Shown: positions 38,865-48,728, counted from the stretch's first letter. The stretch: DNA of 64,000 bases from a virus (IMGVR_UViG_3300030514_000001:1-64000), one strand, 5' to 3'. Program-made: numbers and translations. The notes: generated by a model from the sequence alone, not told the origin.

Positions 38865-39169
38865 GTGTATTCAAAATGAATGACTATGATTGGGTTTGCG
38901 CTCCTACAGAAAGACAAGCGAAACGATTTTACATCGAAGACGTAGGGATTAGTAGAGAAGACATGGAAGAAGACTACTTTGGTGAAGTACCTTTAACAGA
39001 TACAATGTTATTCCACGAGGAAGATGTACCAGAGTTAGATGAAAAGATGTACAATTTCACTAAAGAGTTTTGGTATGGGGAAGAGTATTATCGTGTACCT
39101 TTCTGGTACGTCATATTACAGATGGGTACTGGAGAACCATACCTCATAGCTAGTACGGAAGCAATGTAA
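38858..39169 (+). CDS. hypothetical acidic protein
   Basis: RBS AAGGAGGTAG. Confidence 0.5.
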   Translation: MLGVFKMNDYDWVCAPTERQAKRFYIEDVGISREDMEEDYFGEVPLTDTMLFHEEDVPELDEKMYNFTKEFWYGEEYYRVPFWYVILQMGTGEPYLIASTEAM

Positions 39170-39171
39170 TT

Positions 39172-39291
39172 ATGAAGAAGCTATGTAACAAACACGCAAA
39201 AGAATACATGAAAGAGAATGAACTTATAACTCTATTATATTATAGAGCAGAAAAAGAAGAATGTGATAAATGCAAGGAGGAGAAACAATGA
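39172..39291 (+). CDS. hypothetical small Cys protein
   Basis: 39 aa; fills the gap between genes; weak. Confidence 0.25.
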   Translation: MKKLCNKHAKEYMKENELITLLYYRAEKEECDKCKEEKQ

Positions 39292-39971
39292 CAAGTATCA
39301 CGATTACATACGATTATAATAATGATGCAGATATTAACGAGACATTAGAAGTATTAGTAGCATTAGGGGAGCTTAACTACTGTGTAGAGAGCAGACCGAG
39401 TAAAGGTTCATTACAACTAAAGAAAGTTCATCAAGAAGTAATATCTATGGATTTATTAGATAGAATTGCAGCAGCAGAACAAAAGATTACAGATGATAGT
39501 ATTCTATTAACTAAAACCGAAGTAGAGTTTGAAGGTTTAACTAAATCTCCTGTTCTATCTCGCCCAGCGCCTCGGGTATTTTGTATCGGCGGTGAGTACA
39601 TAGTAGCATACAGTAAAAACGATGCTGTTAACTTCCTTGTAAAAAGAGATAGACTACCGCATAAGGACATATATGCTAAATTCTCACACGAAAGTCAAAT
39701 AGACCAAAGTAGCGCTCTGATGTCATCTTACACGGTAAAAGGTAAATTTAAAGAAGAACTTACCTTAGACTTCCCTTCTGGTGTCCGTGCAGAGTGGATT
39801 AACGGAGATTGCTACTACGACTTGATGTTTGACTACGTAATAAATATGGTTGACTTCATGGAGCCTTTTAAACTAGCTAGTATCGAAACCATCTACGGAG
39901 AAACTAAAGTTGTGTATACAAACATTATACCTAATGTAGTAGAGGGACATCTAAGTGAGAAAGGAGAATAG
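39288..39971 (+). CDS. hypothetical protein
   Basis: ATG after CAAGGAGGAGAAAC; the track start at 39270 includes the RBS. Confidence 0.55.
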   Translation: MTSITITYDYNNDADINETLEVLVALGELNYCVESRPSKGSLQLKKVHQEVISMDLLDRIAAAEQKITDDSILLTKTEVEFEGLTKSPVLSRPAPRVFCIGGEYIVAYSKNDAVNFLVKRDRLPHKDIYAKFSHESQIDQSSALMSSYTVKGKFKEELTLDFPSGVRAEWINGDCYYDLMFDYVINMVDFMEPFKLASIETIYGETKVVYTNIIPNVVEGHLSEKGE

Positions 39972-40470
39972 CGCTCGTAGAAGTATAGCGCGCGGTGTTA
40001 ACGCTAGAACGTTTAATACAGGACTAAATGACAACGGCGCAGAAGCTTATAATAATGCTCTAAAGAAGAAAGAGGGTAAGTACAAGCCCTCTTTTGTAGA
40101 GCCTTATGACAATCTGACAGAGCGTGAAGTTGCTTTAAAACTAGAATATGCCAAAGACTTACTTTCTAAGCATCTGGGAGTCACCAGAGAGCTAATTAAA
40201 CTAGAAACAAAGCGTAGTAAGAAGGTAACTACACTAACCAGTCTTGATGAAGTATACTATGTTAAAGTCGGTACAAGTATTCTAGGTAAGATATCTATCC
40301 GTACACAGCGCACATGGAAATCTACAAGCCTACTATTCGTGTATCAAGAGAAGCAAGTAATGGCGCAAGAAGGTAAAGGTGCATTCAGTAAAACGAATGT
40401 GAAAAAGAAATCGAAAGGTGTGCAAGCACATGGAAAACGAAAATCATACAACAAAAACAACCGTAAATGA
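39955..40470 (+). CDS. hypothetical basic (K/R-rich) protein
   Basis: 171 aa, highly basic. Confidence 0.5.
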   Translation: MRKENSARRSIARGVNARTFNTGLNDNGAEAYNNALKKKEGKYKPSFVEPYDNLTEREVALKLEYAKDLLSKHLGVTRELIKLETKRSKKVTTLTSLDEVYYVKVGTSILGKISIRTQRTWKSTSLLFVYQEKQVMAQEGKGAFSKTNVKKKSKGVQAHGKRKSYNKNNRK

Positions 40471-41308
40471 GGGATTAGTAAGATTAAAAGAATTGCTAGA
40501 AGATAAGACAAAGAAGGTACATGGTATTTCCTATTTTAATGACTTCTTTTCAAAACCGCATCTAGTACGTTCTCATATTTTGAAGGATGAAGTATTACTA
40601 GAAGAAGACGAACTCCGTATTGGATTCTTTATGCGAGTTGATTACAATTCATTTGTAGAGCTAGAGAATACATTAGAGTGGTTAGTAATGAACGAAGCTG
40701 GAGATATTCCGGGATACATTACAGAAGGAGACGTACTGGATAAACCACATCTAGAAGAGCGTGTATCAGAAGGATTAAGCTTGTTCACAGCAGATGTTAT
40801 TCTAAACATGAAATCTCCTAAAGTATCGTTTGAGAATGTAGAGATTGCAGGTCAAACGTTTGTCATCGCTAGAGTATACAATGTTATGCCTTTAGGTGAC
40901 GATGATTCTGTAGAGCAGCAAGTTAATCTATTATTCGGTTCTGCTGGTAAGTTTAGCTTCCTATCTCATTTCGTTGGTAAAAAGCTAACAAACGAAGACG
41001 GGTTAAAGGTACTAGACCTTATTGAAGAAGACAACTTACTAGGTAAAGCGATTCAAGGTGCAGGATTCCGTGATAGTAATAAAGGTCACAGTACTTTCAT
41101 TGGTTCTCATTCTGAGATGATTCAAGTAACTAGATTATTCAGTGGCGGATACTTCTTCCGTTCAGAGGTATCTACTTTAGAGCTTCGTAAGGAATTACTA
41201 GAAACATTAAGTTTTTCAGTAGAAGCAGAGGTAACGTCTCAATCACATAGATTAAACTTCTTTAACAAAAGAAAAGGGATTGAGCTATCTATTTACTTAG
41301 AAATCTAA
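40418..41308 (+). CDS. hypothetical protein
   Basis: 296 aa; alternative ATG at 40430; followed by tandem terminators. Confidence 0.55.
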   Translation: MCKHMENENHTTKTTVNEGLVRLKELLEDKTKKVHGISYFNDFFSKPHLVRSHILKDEVLLEEDELRIGFFMRVDYNSFVELENTLEWLVMNEAGDIPGYITEGDVLDKPHLEERVSEGLSLFTADVILNMKSPKVSFENVEIAGQTFVIARVYNVMPLGDDDSVEQQVNLLFGSAGKFSFLSHFVGKKLTNEDGLKVLDLIEEDNLLGKAIQGAGFRDSNKGHSTFIGSHSEMIQVTRLFSGGYFFRSEVSTLELRKELLETLSFSVEAEVTSQSHRLNFFNKRKGIELSIYLEI

Positions 41309-41326
41309 TAGTTTATAATAACAAAA

Positions 41327-41352
41327 GTCTCACTACTTAGTGGGGCTTTTTA
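41327..41352 (+). terminator. rho-independent terminator (first of a tandem pair)
   Basis: GTCTCACTAC-TT-AGTGGGGC stem plus T5. Confidence 0.55.
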
Positions 41353-41437
41353 GTTTGCTCTAAACAAGATTCTGTTGACTAATCGTAAACAAAATGTTTC
41401 TGTACAAGATACTAAATATTCTGTAAAATAAAAAGTA

Positions 41438-41460
41438 ACACTACCTAGTGAGGTTTTTTC
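41438..41460 (+). terminator. rho-independent terminator (second of the pair, similar in sequence to the first)
   Basis: ACACTACC-TAGTGAGG stem plus T6. Confidence 0.45.
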
Positions 41461-41626
41461 ACTTTTTTGTTTAATTTAGGAAATTGCTAATAGATTTATT
41501 ATATTATAGATAGAGTGCAAAAAAAGCCTATGACAACCGCATTCTTAGGAGGTAACTACCTCATTTAATATATAGCAATAGTCAAAAGGGTTAGAAAATA
41601 AAACGATGAAAAGGTGGAAAAATTCA

Positions 41627-42321
41627 TGTCAAAAGATAAAAAAACTTTAAACTCTGGTAGTGTATTAGTTCAATTATACAAGGATAAGAAGCTCTGCACA
41701 AAAGTAGACAACATGTTAGATGAAGGGAAAACATATGACTACATTATAGAGTTCTGTAAGGAACAAGGTTTAAGTATCTCTAAAGCCTCCCTGACGAACT
41801 ATAAAAAGAAAAGAGAAGAATCTATTGAGACAGGCGTACCATTGCTCCAGCTCTTAGATAAGCGCTCTAAAGACAACGTAACGTACATATCTGAGAAACG
41901 TGTAGAAATGTTTAACGAACAGGAGAAAGAAAGTTACAATCCAATAGGAGCAATCGATAAAGTAGAGAAAGTATTTAACGATATTGAGTTCCTTGATGAA
42001 GTTATCCATAAAGGATTTAAAGGGTTAGCTTCATTTGATATCGTGGACATTCCTTTAGCAATGAAAGCAATGGAAATTAAAGCGAAGATTACCAATAACG
42101 CATTAGGCGGGTTGAGTGTATCAGCATTAAAAGAAATGGCAATCAAAGTACGTTGTAAGGAATCTGCTCTTACAGAAGTAGTCATGAAATATGTACCTGT
42201 AGAACAACACGAACAACTATTTGAAGACTTAGCAGCAGCAGAGCAAGAGTTCTATGACAACTTAGATTTAACTGAGATGGATAGAAAGACTCGTGAGGCA
42301 ATGCAAGCCTTTGGTTTGTGA
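41627..42321 (+). CDS. hypothetical protein
   Basis: ATG 9 nt after AAAGGTGG. Confidence 0.55.
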
Positions 42322-42339
42322 TAATAAGGAGGGATTAAA

Positions 42340-42828
42340 TTGACGATACCGATTACAGAAGTAGCGGACTGGAAAGAGTTGAAATACGAAGTGTATCAAA
42401 CGCTGGAAGATAAAGTTCTGGCGTTACTACGCGGAGAGATTATCTATATCAAAAACTATGAGAAGAATACAGGTACAAGTGTATTAGCTAGGTTAGTAGT
42501 AGAAAGAGGTTTTACGATACCGCAGATTACATACGACATATACGATTCTACAGAGGAAGATAGATATTGGTTACGATTCAATATCGGTTTAACCGACTTA
42601 TCTCTGTTAGATGTATATAAAGTATATGACACTAGTATTTTCCTTAAACCGAATAAATTCAAAGTAGGTGACAACGTAAGTTACACTTCTACAGATGGCA
42701 CATTTGATGCAGCTTATGTTATAGCAGTCTATGAAAGAAATGAAAATGAATTTGCCTATAAACTATCACGAGAGCCGAACGTATTATACGAAGAAAGCCT
42801 ATTAGTATCAAGTAAATTCAATCTTTAG
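42340..42828 (+). CDS. hypothetical protein
   Basis: TTG after TAAGGAGGGAT; followed by a strong terminator. Confidence 0.55.
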   Translation: MTIPITEVADWKELKYEVYQTLEDKVLALLRGEIIYIKNYEKNTGTSVLARLVVERGFTIPQITYDIYDSTEEDRYWLRFNIGLTDLSLLDVYKVYDTSIFLKPNKFKVGDNVSYTSTDGTFDAAYVIAVYERNENEFAYKLSREPNVLYEESLLVSSKFNL

Positions 42829-42860
42829 AACAAGATGAAAAATTCTTGTTCTTTTTTTAT
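42827..42860 (+). terminator. rho-independent terminator
   Basis: AGAACAAGA...TCTTGTTCT 9-bp stem plus T7. Confidence 0.7.
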
Positions 42861-42869
42861 GGAATAGTG

Positions 42870-42898
42870 TTGACTTAAAGTGAATACAATGATAAGCT
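42870..42898 (+). promoter_or_regulatory. sigma-A-type promoter (TTGACT-17-TAAGCT), GTTGACTTAAAGT family
   Basis: Conserved family context; weak -10. Confidence 0.5.
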
Positions 42899-42929
42899 GT
42901 AATCAAGATAACGAAAGGGAGTTGAAGAA

Positions 42930-43121
42930 ATGGAAAACACTACTAAAAAAGTATCAGTTGTAATGGTATCTGATGGGTTTGATTTACCTTATCCAGTTAA
43001 AGTATTTGAAAAGGAACTAGATGCAAAAGAATACATAGAAGAAAAGAAAGTAGAAGGTTCTGGTCTTTACCCGCATCGATACATAGTTGACGCTGTTTTC
43101 GTACCAAAAGAAATATGGTAA
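42930..43121 (+). CDS. hypothetical protein
   Basis: RBS GAAAGGGAG; follows a promoter. Confidence 0.5.
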   Translation: MENTTKKVSVVMVSDGFDLPYPVKVFEKELDAKEYIEEKKVEGSGLYPHRYIVDAVFVPKEIW

Positions 43122-43141
43122 ATTAAAAGGAGGAAAATATA

Positions 43142-43696
43142 ATGATTGATTTAAAGAATGATTTAGTAGAGGACAAGCTAGTAGTTGTAGAGGAGAAAGT
43201 GAAAGCACCAAAAGGTTCTAAGAATCCATTAACACCGGAGCAAGAAGCTGGAGTAGCTAGAATGTACTTACGAGGAGAAAAAGTAGTAGACATCATTGCT
43301 AAGTATAAAATTGCCGCAGGACGTATCTACCGTATCTTAGCTCGTAACGGTATTGAAAAACGCGCACCGGAATACAACCGAGCAGGTAAAGCGAGAATGC
43401 TATCACTTAGCAAATACGAGAAAGATAGAATCGTAGATGATTACATACGGAAAGTACCTGTACGAGAAATCCTAGAAAAGTACGGATTAAACAAATACGC
43501 ACTATACACGGTACTAGATGAGAGAAAGGTTACTCGTCAAACTGAGAAAGATGAAGAAACGAAAACAACAAAGAAAGTACATAAGGATACAAAACAGAAA
43601 CTTCCAGTGGAAGCATACATACAAGATAGAGTCGCATATGTTAAAATTTCACAAGGTACGAACAAAATTGAACAAATCCGCATTGACTATATTTAG
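43142..43696 (+). CDS. putative DNA-binding protein with two helix-turn-helix-like repeats
   Basis: Repeated motif (...EKVVDIIAKYKIAAGRIYRIL.. and ..VPVREILEKYGLNKYALYTVL..); RBS AAAAGGAGGAAAA. Confidence 0.45.
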   Translation: MIDLKNDLVEDKLVVVEEKVKAPKGSKNPLTPEQEAGVARMYLRGEKVVDIIAKYKIAAGRIYRILARNGIEKRAPEYNRAGKARMLSLSKYEKDRIVDDYIRKVPVREILEKYGLNKYALYTVLDERKVTRQTEKDEETKTTKKVHKDTKQKLPVEAYIQDRVAYVKISQGTNKIEQIRIDYI

Positions 43697-43724
43697 TCGT
43701 GCGGGTTCCTAAGGAGGAGTTGTA

Positions 43725-43973
43725 ATGGAAAGAACAGGATGGGAACATTATGATTTAGAAAAAGAGATGAGAGACGCTAGTGTAGCTAAATTACTAGGTA
43801 TGTACAAATGTGAAAAACAAAAGGCTTTGGATACATGCGGAGAGTTCCTAAAGTTAACTGGTAGTTTAACAGATAAAGGCGCGAAAGAGTTCGATGATAA
43901 GTGTCAGTTGCTAGTAGAAGGTGCTAAAAAGATAGCGGAGCGTATTGCAGATAAATTAACGGAGGATGAGTAA
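43725..43973 (+). CDS. hypothetical protein
   Basis: RBS TAAGGAGGAG. Confidence 0.5.
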   Translation: MERTGWEHYDLEKEMRDASVAKLLGMYKCEKQKALDTCGEFLKLTGSLTDKGAKEFDDKCQLLVEGAKKIAERIADKLTEDE

Positions 43974-43974
43974 T

Positions 43975-44235
43975 ATGAACTTATACCGAGAAGTTTCAAT
44001 TGATGAGCTTGAAACAATTCGAGAAGCGTTTATGGAAAGGTACTTTGGAGGATGGCACAAAGCTACATGTGAGTTCCATCAATCACTTGTAGAAGGTAGA
44101 AGAGGCGCAGCTAAGAGGATACTGGACTTAGAATGTAATGGGTTTAACATGATGCGGGAGTTTAAGGATATAGACCGTATCTACAAAGCTATTAAGTTAA
44201 TCGATAGCGGTCAAAAAGTATACACAGATTTATAA
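43975..44235 (+). CDS. hypothetical protein
   Basis: ATG 9 nt after ACGGAGGA. Confidence 0.5.
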   Translation: MNLYREVSIDELETIREAFMERYFGGWHKATCEFHQSLVEGRRGAAKRILDLECNGFNMMREFKDIDRIYKAIKLIDSGQKVYTDL

Positions 44236-44252
44236 AAAGTTTTTAAAAGTTG

Positions 44253-44281
44253 TTGACTTAAAGTAAACAAGATGATAATAT
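44253..44281 (+). promoter_or_regulatory. sigma-A-type promoter (TTGACT-17-TAATAT), AGTTGTTGACTTAAAGTAAA family
   Basis: Near-identical to the 61629 copy over about 38 bp. Confidence 0.65.
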
Positions 44282-44306
44282 AAAGGTAGAGAAAGGGGAT
44301 GAGAAA

Positions 44307-44642
44307 GTGGTAAACAAAATAGAAGAACTAAGAAACTTTGTAGAAGAAAAAGCAGAAGGGTTTAGGAACTTAAATGACTCATCTGATGTAATCGTAATGA
44401 TAGTGCTAAATGACATCCTAGATAAGATTGAAGAACTACAAAATGGGAAGCCAATGTACGTGGTTCAATACCAAGATTTAAAAGGTGAAAGTACATACGA
44501 AGACTACTCACGATATAAATCAGCATCAGAAATCTACTATTACCAGATTAAATCAGTAGCGAAGAACGTGAAACTGTTTATGGAAGTTGATGGAATTAGA
44601 GTAACTATTCTAGATGCGGAGGGTGACAACGATGAGAGTTAA
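44307..44642 (+). CDS. hypothetical acidic protein
   Basis: GTG after AAAGGGGATGAG; follows a promoter. Confidence 0.5.
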   Translation: MVNKIEELRNFVEEKAEGFRNLNDSSDVIVMIVLNDILDKIEELQNGKPMYVVQYQDLKGESTYEDYSRYKSASEIYYYQIKSVAKNVKLFMEVDGIRVTILDAEGDNDES

Positions 44643-44850
44643 ACGTTGGATTTATGAAGTGAAGTATACATTAAAAGATTGCCTGATGCTTACGCGTACA
44701 CTACCAGATTTATATGAAGAAGAGCGCGATGCAGAACTAGAAGCGGAGAAGTTAAAGTTAGAGCTAGGAGACACATATGCAGTTGTCAAAGTGGTTCCGA
44801 GACATCTAGTATCTAACAAGTATAATGTAGAATACAGAAATGGATGGTGA
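44632..44850 (+). CDS. hypothetical protein
   Basis: ATG 9 nt after GCGGAGGG. Confidence 0.5.
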   Translation: MRVKRWIYEVKYTLKDCLMLTRTLPDLYEEERDAELEAEKLKLELGDTYAVVKVVPRHLVSNKYNVEYRNGW

Positions 44851-44856
44851 TTGATT

Positions 44857-45102
44857 ATGAACCTAGAAGAATTAGAAAACAAAATCAAACAGCAAAACGA
44901 ACTTGAGGATAAAATAGCAGCTTTACAAGACGTGTCATACGATTTAGGTAGAGAGATATTCAAGGAGTTCAGAGAGCTTCCATTAGATAAGGTCTTAAAA
45001 TACTACGACATGATGAATAGAGAGAATGATAGTATTGTACGGTATGACATATTCAGAGAAATCATCTTACCTAACAAAGAGAAATTAAAGGAGTTGCTTT
45101 AA
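44857..45102 (+). CDS. hypothetical protein
   Basis: 83-aa frame; weak RBS. Confidence 0.45.
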   Translation: MNLEELENKIKQQNELEDKIAALQDVSYDLGREIFKEFRELPLDKVLKYYDMMNRENDSIVRYDIFREIILPNKEKLKELL

Positions 45103-45552
45103 ATGAAACTAGACTATGGTTCGGGAAGACAACCAAAAGAAGGTTTCATGTCTTCCGACTTCATTGGAACACCAAATTACGATTTCTACATTAAAGACTA
45201 TAAAGTACTTGATACAGAAGACCATATGTTTGATGCGATTCACTGTCGTAATGTAATCCATCATATTCCGGAGAAAGACTTACATATCTTATTTGCAGAG
45301 TTTAATAGATTGCTAAAACCAGATGGAGAGCTTATCATTTCAGAACCACGAGAAGAGTTCCATGAGCAGAATAAGTTCTTAGACTGGATATGGTATCGCT
45401 GGATTACGAACGATACAAACATCATGATTCCAGATGAGTATGTAGATTACAAGAAGTATTTAGTTGATTTCGACATTATTAGCACCGTAGACCATTACAA
45501 TAATGAAGTTCTTACGTTAAAGAAAAAACAAATAATGGCACAAGCCGTATAA
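45103..45552 (+). CDS. small class-I SAM-dependent methyltransferase-like protein
   Basis: LDYGSG (motif I-like), FDAIHCRNVIHHI (motif II), LKPDGELIIS (motif III); only 149 aa. Confidence 0.4.
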   Translation: MKLDYGSGRQPKEGFMSSDFIGTPNYDFYIKDYKVLDTEDHMFDAIHCRNVIHHIPEKDLHILFAEFNRLLKPDGELIISEPREEFHEQNKFLDWIWYRWITNDTNIMIPDEYVDYKKYLVDFDIISTVDHYNNEVLTLKKKQIMAQAV

Positions 45553-45565
45553 GGAGAGTTTAATT

Positions 45566-45769
45566 ATGATGACAATGGTACAAGCACCAACACCAGATAG
45601 ACCGGAAGATAAGTTAGTGGAGTTTATGACAGCAAACAATTTTTCGAAAACAGATATATACGCTGCATTACAGAACATCGAAGAAGCAAACATGGTACTG
45701 TACAGCAAAGAGTGGGACATTAAGTGTAAAAACAATTATGTATGGGTGAAAGGGGAGTTAACACAATGA
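45566..45769 (+). CDS. hypothetical protein
   Basis: RBS TAAGGAGAG. Confidence 0.5.
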   Translation: MMTMVQAPTPDRPEDKLVEFMTANNFSKTDIYAALQNIEEANMVLYSKEWDIKCKNNYVWVKGELTQ

Positions 45770-46074
45770 ACAATGCAGAAGAGATTCTAAGATTACAAGC
45801 GCAGATTAGGAAATTAGAGAACGAACAAGCAGCATTTGACGCTCTATCAGAGGACAAGCAGTTAGCCATAACACTTCATGAACTAATGTGTAACTGGAAT
45901 CATGTAGATGGTTGTGGATGGGAATATGAAATTAGTAAAGGTACACATAACTGGAATGGGTACGCACATAAAAAATGGGTAGAGAATGCACAAAAACTCA
46001 TTAAACTGTGTGCTTGGGATAATGTAGAGTTATCAACAGCAATAGAAATATTAAAAATGGGGAGAGGATTTTAA
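45766..46074 (+). CDS. hypothetical protein
   Basis: ATGA overlap; RBS GAAAGGGGAG. Confidence 0.5.
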   Translation: MNNAEEILRLQAQIRKLENEQAAFDALSEDKQLAITLHELMCNWNHVDGCGWEYEISKGTHNWNGYAHKKWVENAQKLIKLCAWDNVELSTAIEILKMGRGF

Positions 46075-46076
46075 TT

Positions 46077-46289
46077 ATGACAAACCAAAAAATTTACATT
46101 ATTGAGACGGGTATTTGTGACGAGGGAGAGCCATACCAACTTTGTAGAGAGGTACCGGAATGGTGGACTATGCAGGACATTGATGATGATATTCAAGATG
46201 ATGAAGATACAAACATCGGAGCTGAGTTTAAGGAGTGGTCATTCCGTTTATCGACAACACCAGTAGAAGAATATGGGTTATGGATGTAA
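46077..46289 (+). CDS. hypothetical acidic protein
   Basis: RBS GAGAGGAT. Confidence 0.5.
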   Translation: MTNQKIYIIETGICDEGEPYQLCREVPEWWTMQDIDDDIQDDEDTNIGAEFKEWSFRLSTTPVEEYGLWM

Positions 46290-46307
46290 AAAAGTTTAAA
46301 AAAGATG

Positions 46308-46336
46308 TTTACTTTTAGTAAAAGATAGGCTATAAT
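46308..46336 (+). promoter_or_regulatory. sigma-A-type promoter (TTTACT-17-TATAAT)
   Basis: Perfect -10 with a 17-bp spacer. Confidence 0.55.
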
Positions 46337-46367
46337 AAACTTAACAAATAACAAGGGGGAAACAAAA

Positions 46368-47177
46368 ATGACAAAAACACGTAAAGCTACAGGTAAGAGA
46401 GAACCAAAAGGCGCAATGGAGAAAGCGTTTGTAGCATCTGAACGAGTAGAAAAACAATTATTCGAAAATGAAAAGGGAGCGGTTAAAATGACGAAAGCAA
46501 TGCTAATTAACGCTGTATCAAATGAAGAGGTATTTGTTGAAATCAATAAGGACGACCTAGTAGTAGTTACTCGTGAAGGAGTAGGCTCTACAGTTTATAA
46601 TAAACGTTACACAGTTGAGAAGGTAGTTGACCAATTCACATCAGAAGGATGGATTGATGTAACGGAACAAAATAAAGTAATGAAATCAGAAGCGTTAGAC
46701 ACAGTACCGGATTTAGCGATTATTACAGAAATCAAACCATTAGCACCTGTTGAAGAAGAAGTTGACGAGAAAACAGCTATGGTGGCGGAAGTAGATGCAT
46801 ACACAGAGTTACATGCGGAAATCGCAGCACTTAATAAAGAATTAGAGAAGAAGAAAAAAGCGATTCGTACATACATGGATGAAAACAAATTGAAAGTATT
46901 AACTGGTACAAAAGGTAAAGAAGTATATCTTCAAACGAATAAGGCTTCTAATTCTTCTGCTGAGTACACGACTTACGATGTGAATATGATTAAAGATATC
47001 TTAAATGTAGAGCAATACAGCGAAGTTACAGAAGTACGTGTATCCGCTTCATTACTTAAGAAGAAAATTACAGACGGTGAGTTTTCTGAGGGTGAGTTAA
47101 AAGCTATTGAACGTGCTGAGAACTACAAGCTTGGAACGCCTAAATTCACATTACGTAAAGTAAAGGAAGAAAAATAA
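46368..47177 (+). CDS. hypothetical protein
   Basis: RBS CAAGGGGGAAAC; follows a promoter. Confidence 0.55.
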   Translation: MTKTRKATGKREPKGAMEKAFVASERVEKQLFENEKGAVKMTKAMLINAVSNEEVFVEINKDDLVVVTREGVGSTVYNKRYTVEKVVDQFTSEGWIDVTEQNKVMKSEALDTVPDLAIITEIKPLAPVEEEVDEKTAMVAEVDAYTELHAEIAALNKELEKKKKAIRTYMDENKLKVLTGTKGKEVYLQTNKASNSSAEYTTYDVNMIKDILNVEQYSEVTEVRVSASLLKKKITDGEFSEGELKAIERAENYKLGTPKFTLRKVKEEK

Positions 47178-47653
47178 TGACAGAGTTAACAAGAGTAGAA
47201 ATAGAAGCTAAGGTTTTAGCTGATATCATTAAAAAAGAGGAGAGCGCTAATCCGCATAAGGTTATCGCCTCCAAGCTAACTGATTTAGATTGTGAACAAA
47301 TCTTAGCAGCGTCTAGAGGAGCCAAGTTTATTGAAGAGGTAATTAACCGATACGGAGACACAGCGGACGAGCAAGACCCAACTCATTGCGTGTGGCAAGA
47401 TGTAGAATCTCTAGACTATGGTTGGATGTGGTTAAACTATCGAGAAGAGCATATGAAAGAGGTAATGATTGCCCACATCACAACGAGTGTTCGAGCTTTA
47501 CAGAAACGTATGGACGATGGGGAGGAGTTCACATTGGTTAAAACCGTACAAGACGAGTATGGAGACACAGTATCGTTCCACATACTTGATGTTGTAGAGA
47601 ACGGGGATTCTACAGTTTGGACATTCTCTAATGAAGACACCTTTTTAGCATAG
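47177..47653 (+). CDS. hypothetical protein
   Basis: TAATG overlap; followed by a terminator. Confidence 0.55.
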   Translation: MTELTRVEIEAKVLADIIKKEESANPHKVIASKLTDLDCEQILAASRGAKFIEEVINRYGDTADEQDPTHCVWQDVESLDYGWMWLNYREEHMKEVMIAHITTSVRALQKRMDDGEEFTLVKTVQDEYGDTVSFHILDVVENGDSTVWTFSNEDTFLA

Positions 47654-47678
47654 AGCGACATTGTTCGCTCTTTTTTTA
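47652..47678 (+). terminator. rho-independent terminator
   Basis: GAGCGA...TCGCTC stem plus T7. Confidence 0.65.
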
Positions 47679-47687
47679 ATTTTATTG

Positions 47688-47716
47688 TTGACTTTCGGTA
47701 CAGCACATGTTAAGAT
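47688..47716 (+). promoter_or_regulatory. sigma-A-type promoter (TTGACT-17-TAAGAT) for the sigma-factor gene
   Basis: ATTGTTGACTTT family; after a terminator. Confidence 0.6.
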
Positions 47717-47748
47717 ATTAATAGATAAACAAAGAGGAGGAGTTAAAA

Positions 47749-48666
47749 GTGAGTGCAGTAGCAGAAAAGAAAATTAAAAATTACGATTTAATTGTACAAG
47801 CTAAAGAAGGTTCCGAAGATGCAATGGGGAAACTGTTGAAGGAATACCATAAAATGATTTATAGAGAGGTTTGTAGATTTACAAAAGATAAAGATAAACA
47901 AGATGACTTATATCAAATCGGGGCGTTAGCTCTTATAGAAGCGGTAGACCGATTCGATTTATCCACAGGAAATGAGTTTAGTACATACGTATTTATGCAG
48001 ATTAAAGGGAGAATCATGGTGAATATGCGTGATAATCGTACACTCAAGTTCCCTCGACCTATGGTTGAGCTAGGTTTGAAGATTAAGAAGTACGACTTAG
48101 CTAAAAAGGACATAGAGTACATTTGCGAGTACTTAAATGAAACAGAAGATAAAGTTATGGATGCTTTACTATTCATAGATAGAGAGTATGCATTAAGTAC
48201 ATCAGCTACTATAGACTCTGGTAAAAGCAACAATAAAGACACTATAACAATAGGAGACTCGCTTATTAAGGATGCAAATGGAGAACAGTGGGAAAACGCC
48301 ATTATGCTTAGAAGTTATATTGAACGATTACCAAAGGAAGAGCGTGCAGTAATCAATGCAATGTACATAGAAGACAAACAACGGATTGATGTTAGTAAAG
48401 AAATGGGTACTAACCCTACAAACATAAGTAGAATCGAACAGCGCGCCCTAGCTAACTTACGTAGACTGATAAATGGGGAAGAAGTCGTATATAAGAAAGA
48501 AACTAGAGGAGCTAGTGCAAATAACGCTAAAGGGAACCAAACTCTAGCGAAAGAATTGGTTCGTAAAGGTGAGCTAAAACAAATAGAAATTGCTAATTTA
48601 ACGGGGGTTTCAACAGGTACAATTGGGTACTGGGCTAGAAAGATTCGAAATGGTAAAAAAATTTAA
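47749..48666 (+). CDS. sigma-70 family sigma factor (phage-encoded)
   Basis: Region 2 (DLYQIGALALIEAVDRFD...FSTYVFMQIKGRI) and region 4 (ISRIEQRALANLRRL), plus an extra C-terminal HTH; GTG after AAGAGGAGGAG. Confidence 0.65.
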   Translation: MSAVAEKKIKNYDLIVQAKEGSEDAMGKLLKEYHKMIYREVCRFTKDKDKQDDLYQIGALALIEAVDRFDLSTGNEFSTYVFMQIKGRIMVNMRDNRTLKFPRPMVELGLKIKKYDLAKKDIEYICEYLNETEDKVMDALLFIDREYALSTSATIDSGKSNNKDTITIGDSLIKDANGEQWENAIMLRSYIERLPKEERAVINAMYIEDKQRIDVSKEMGTNPTNISRIEQRALANLRRLINGEEVVYKKETRGASANNAKGNQTLAKELVRKGELKQIEIANLTGVSTGTIGYWARKIRNGKKI

Positions 48667-48675
48667 TAAAACTTG

Positions 48676-48704
48676 TTGACTTTAAGTGAAACGTGGTATA
48701 TACT
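48676..48704 (+). promoter_or_regulatory. sigma-A-type promoter (TTGACT-17-TATACT), CTTGTTGACTTTAAGT family
   Basis: Conserved family context. Confidence 0.6.
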
Positions 48705-48728
48705 GGTAAGTACAAGGAGGTGAGACAA

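Noticed and set aside
41309-41613. Search for tRNA genes in the largest intergenic regions (also 52738-52887 and 55020-55456)
   Set aside because: No cloverleaf-compatible acceptor/T-arm (GTTCRANYC) pattern was seen by eye. This cannot be excluded without tRNAscan-SE.
43518-43712. Alternate-frame 64-aa K/R-rich ORF inside the HTH-repeat gene, and 51216-51422 inside the 398-aa gene
   Set aside because: Same-strand overlapping frames without RBS. Most likely spurious.
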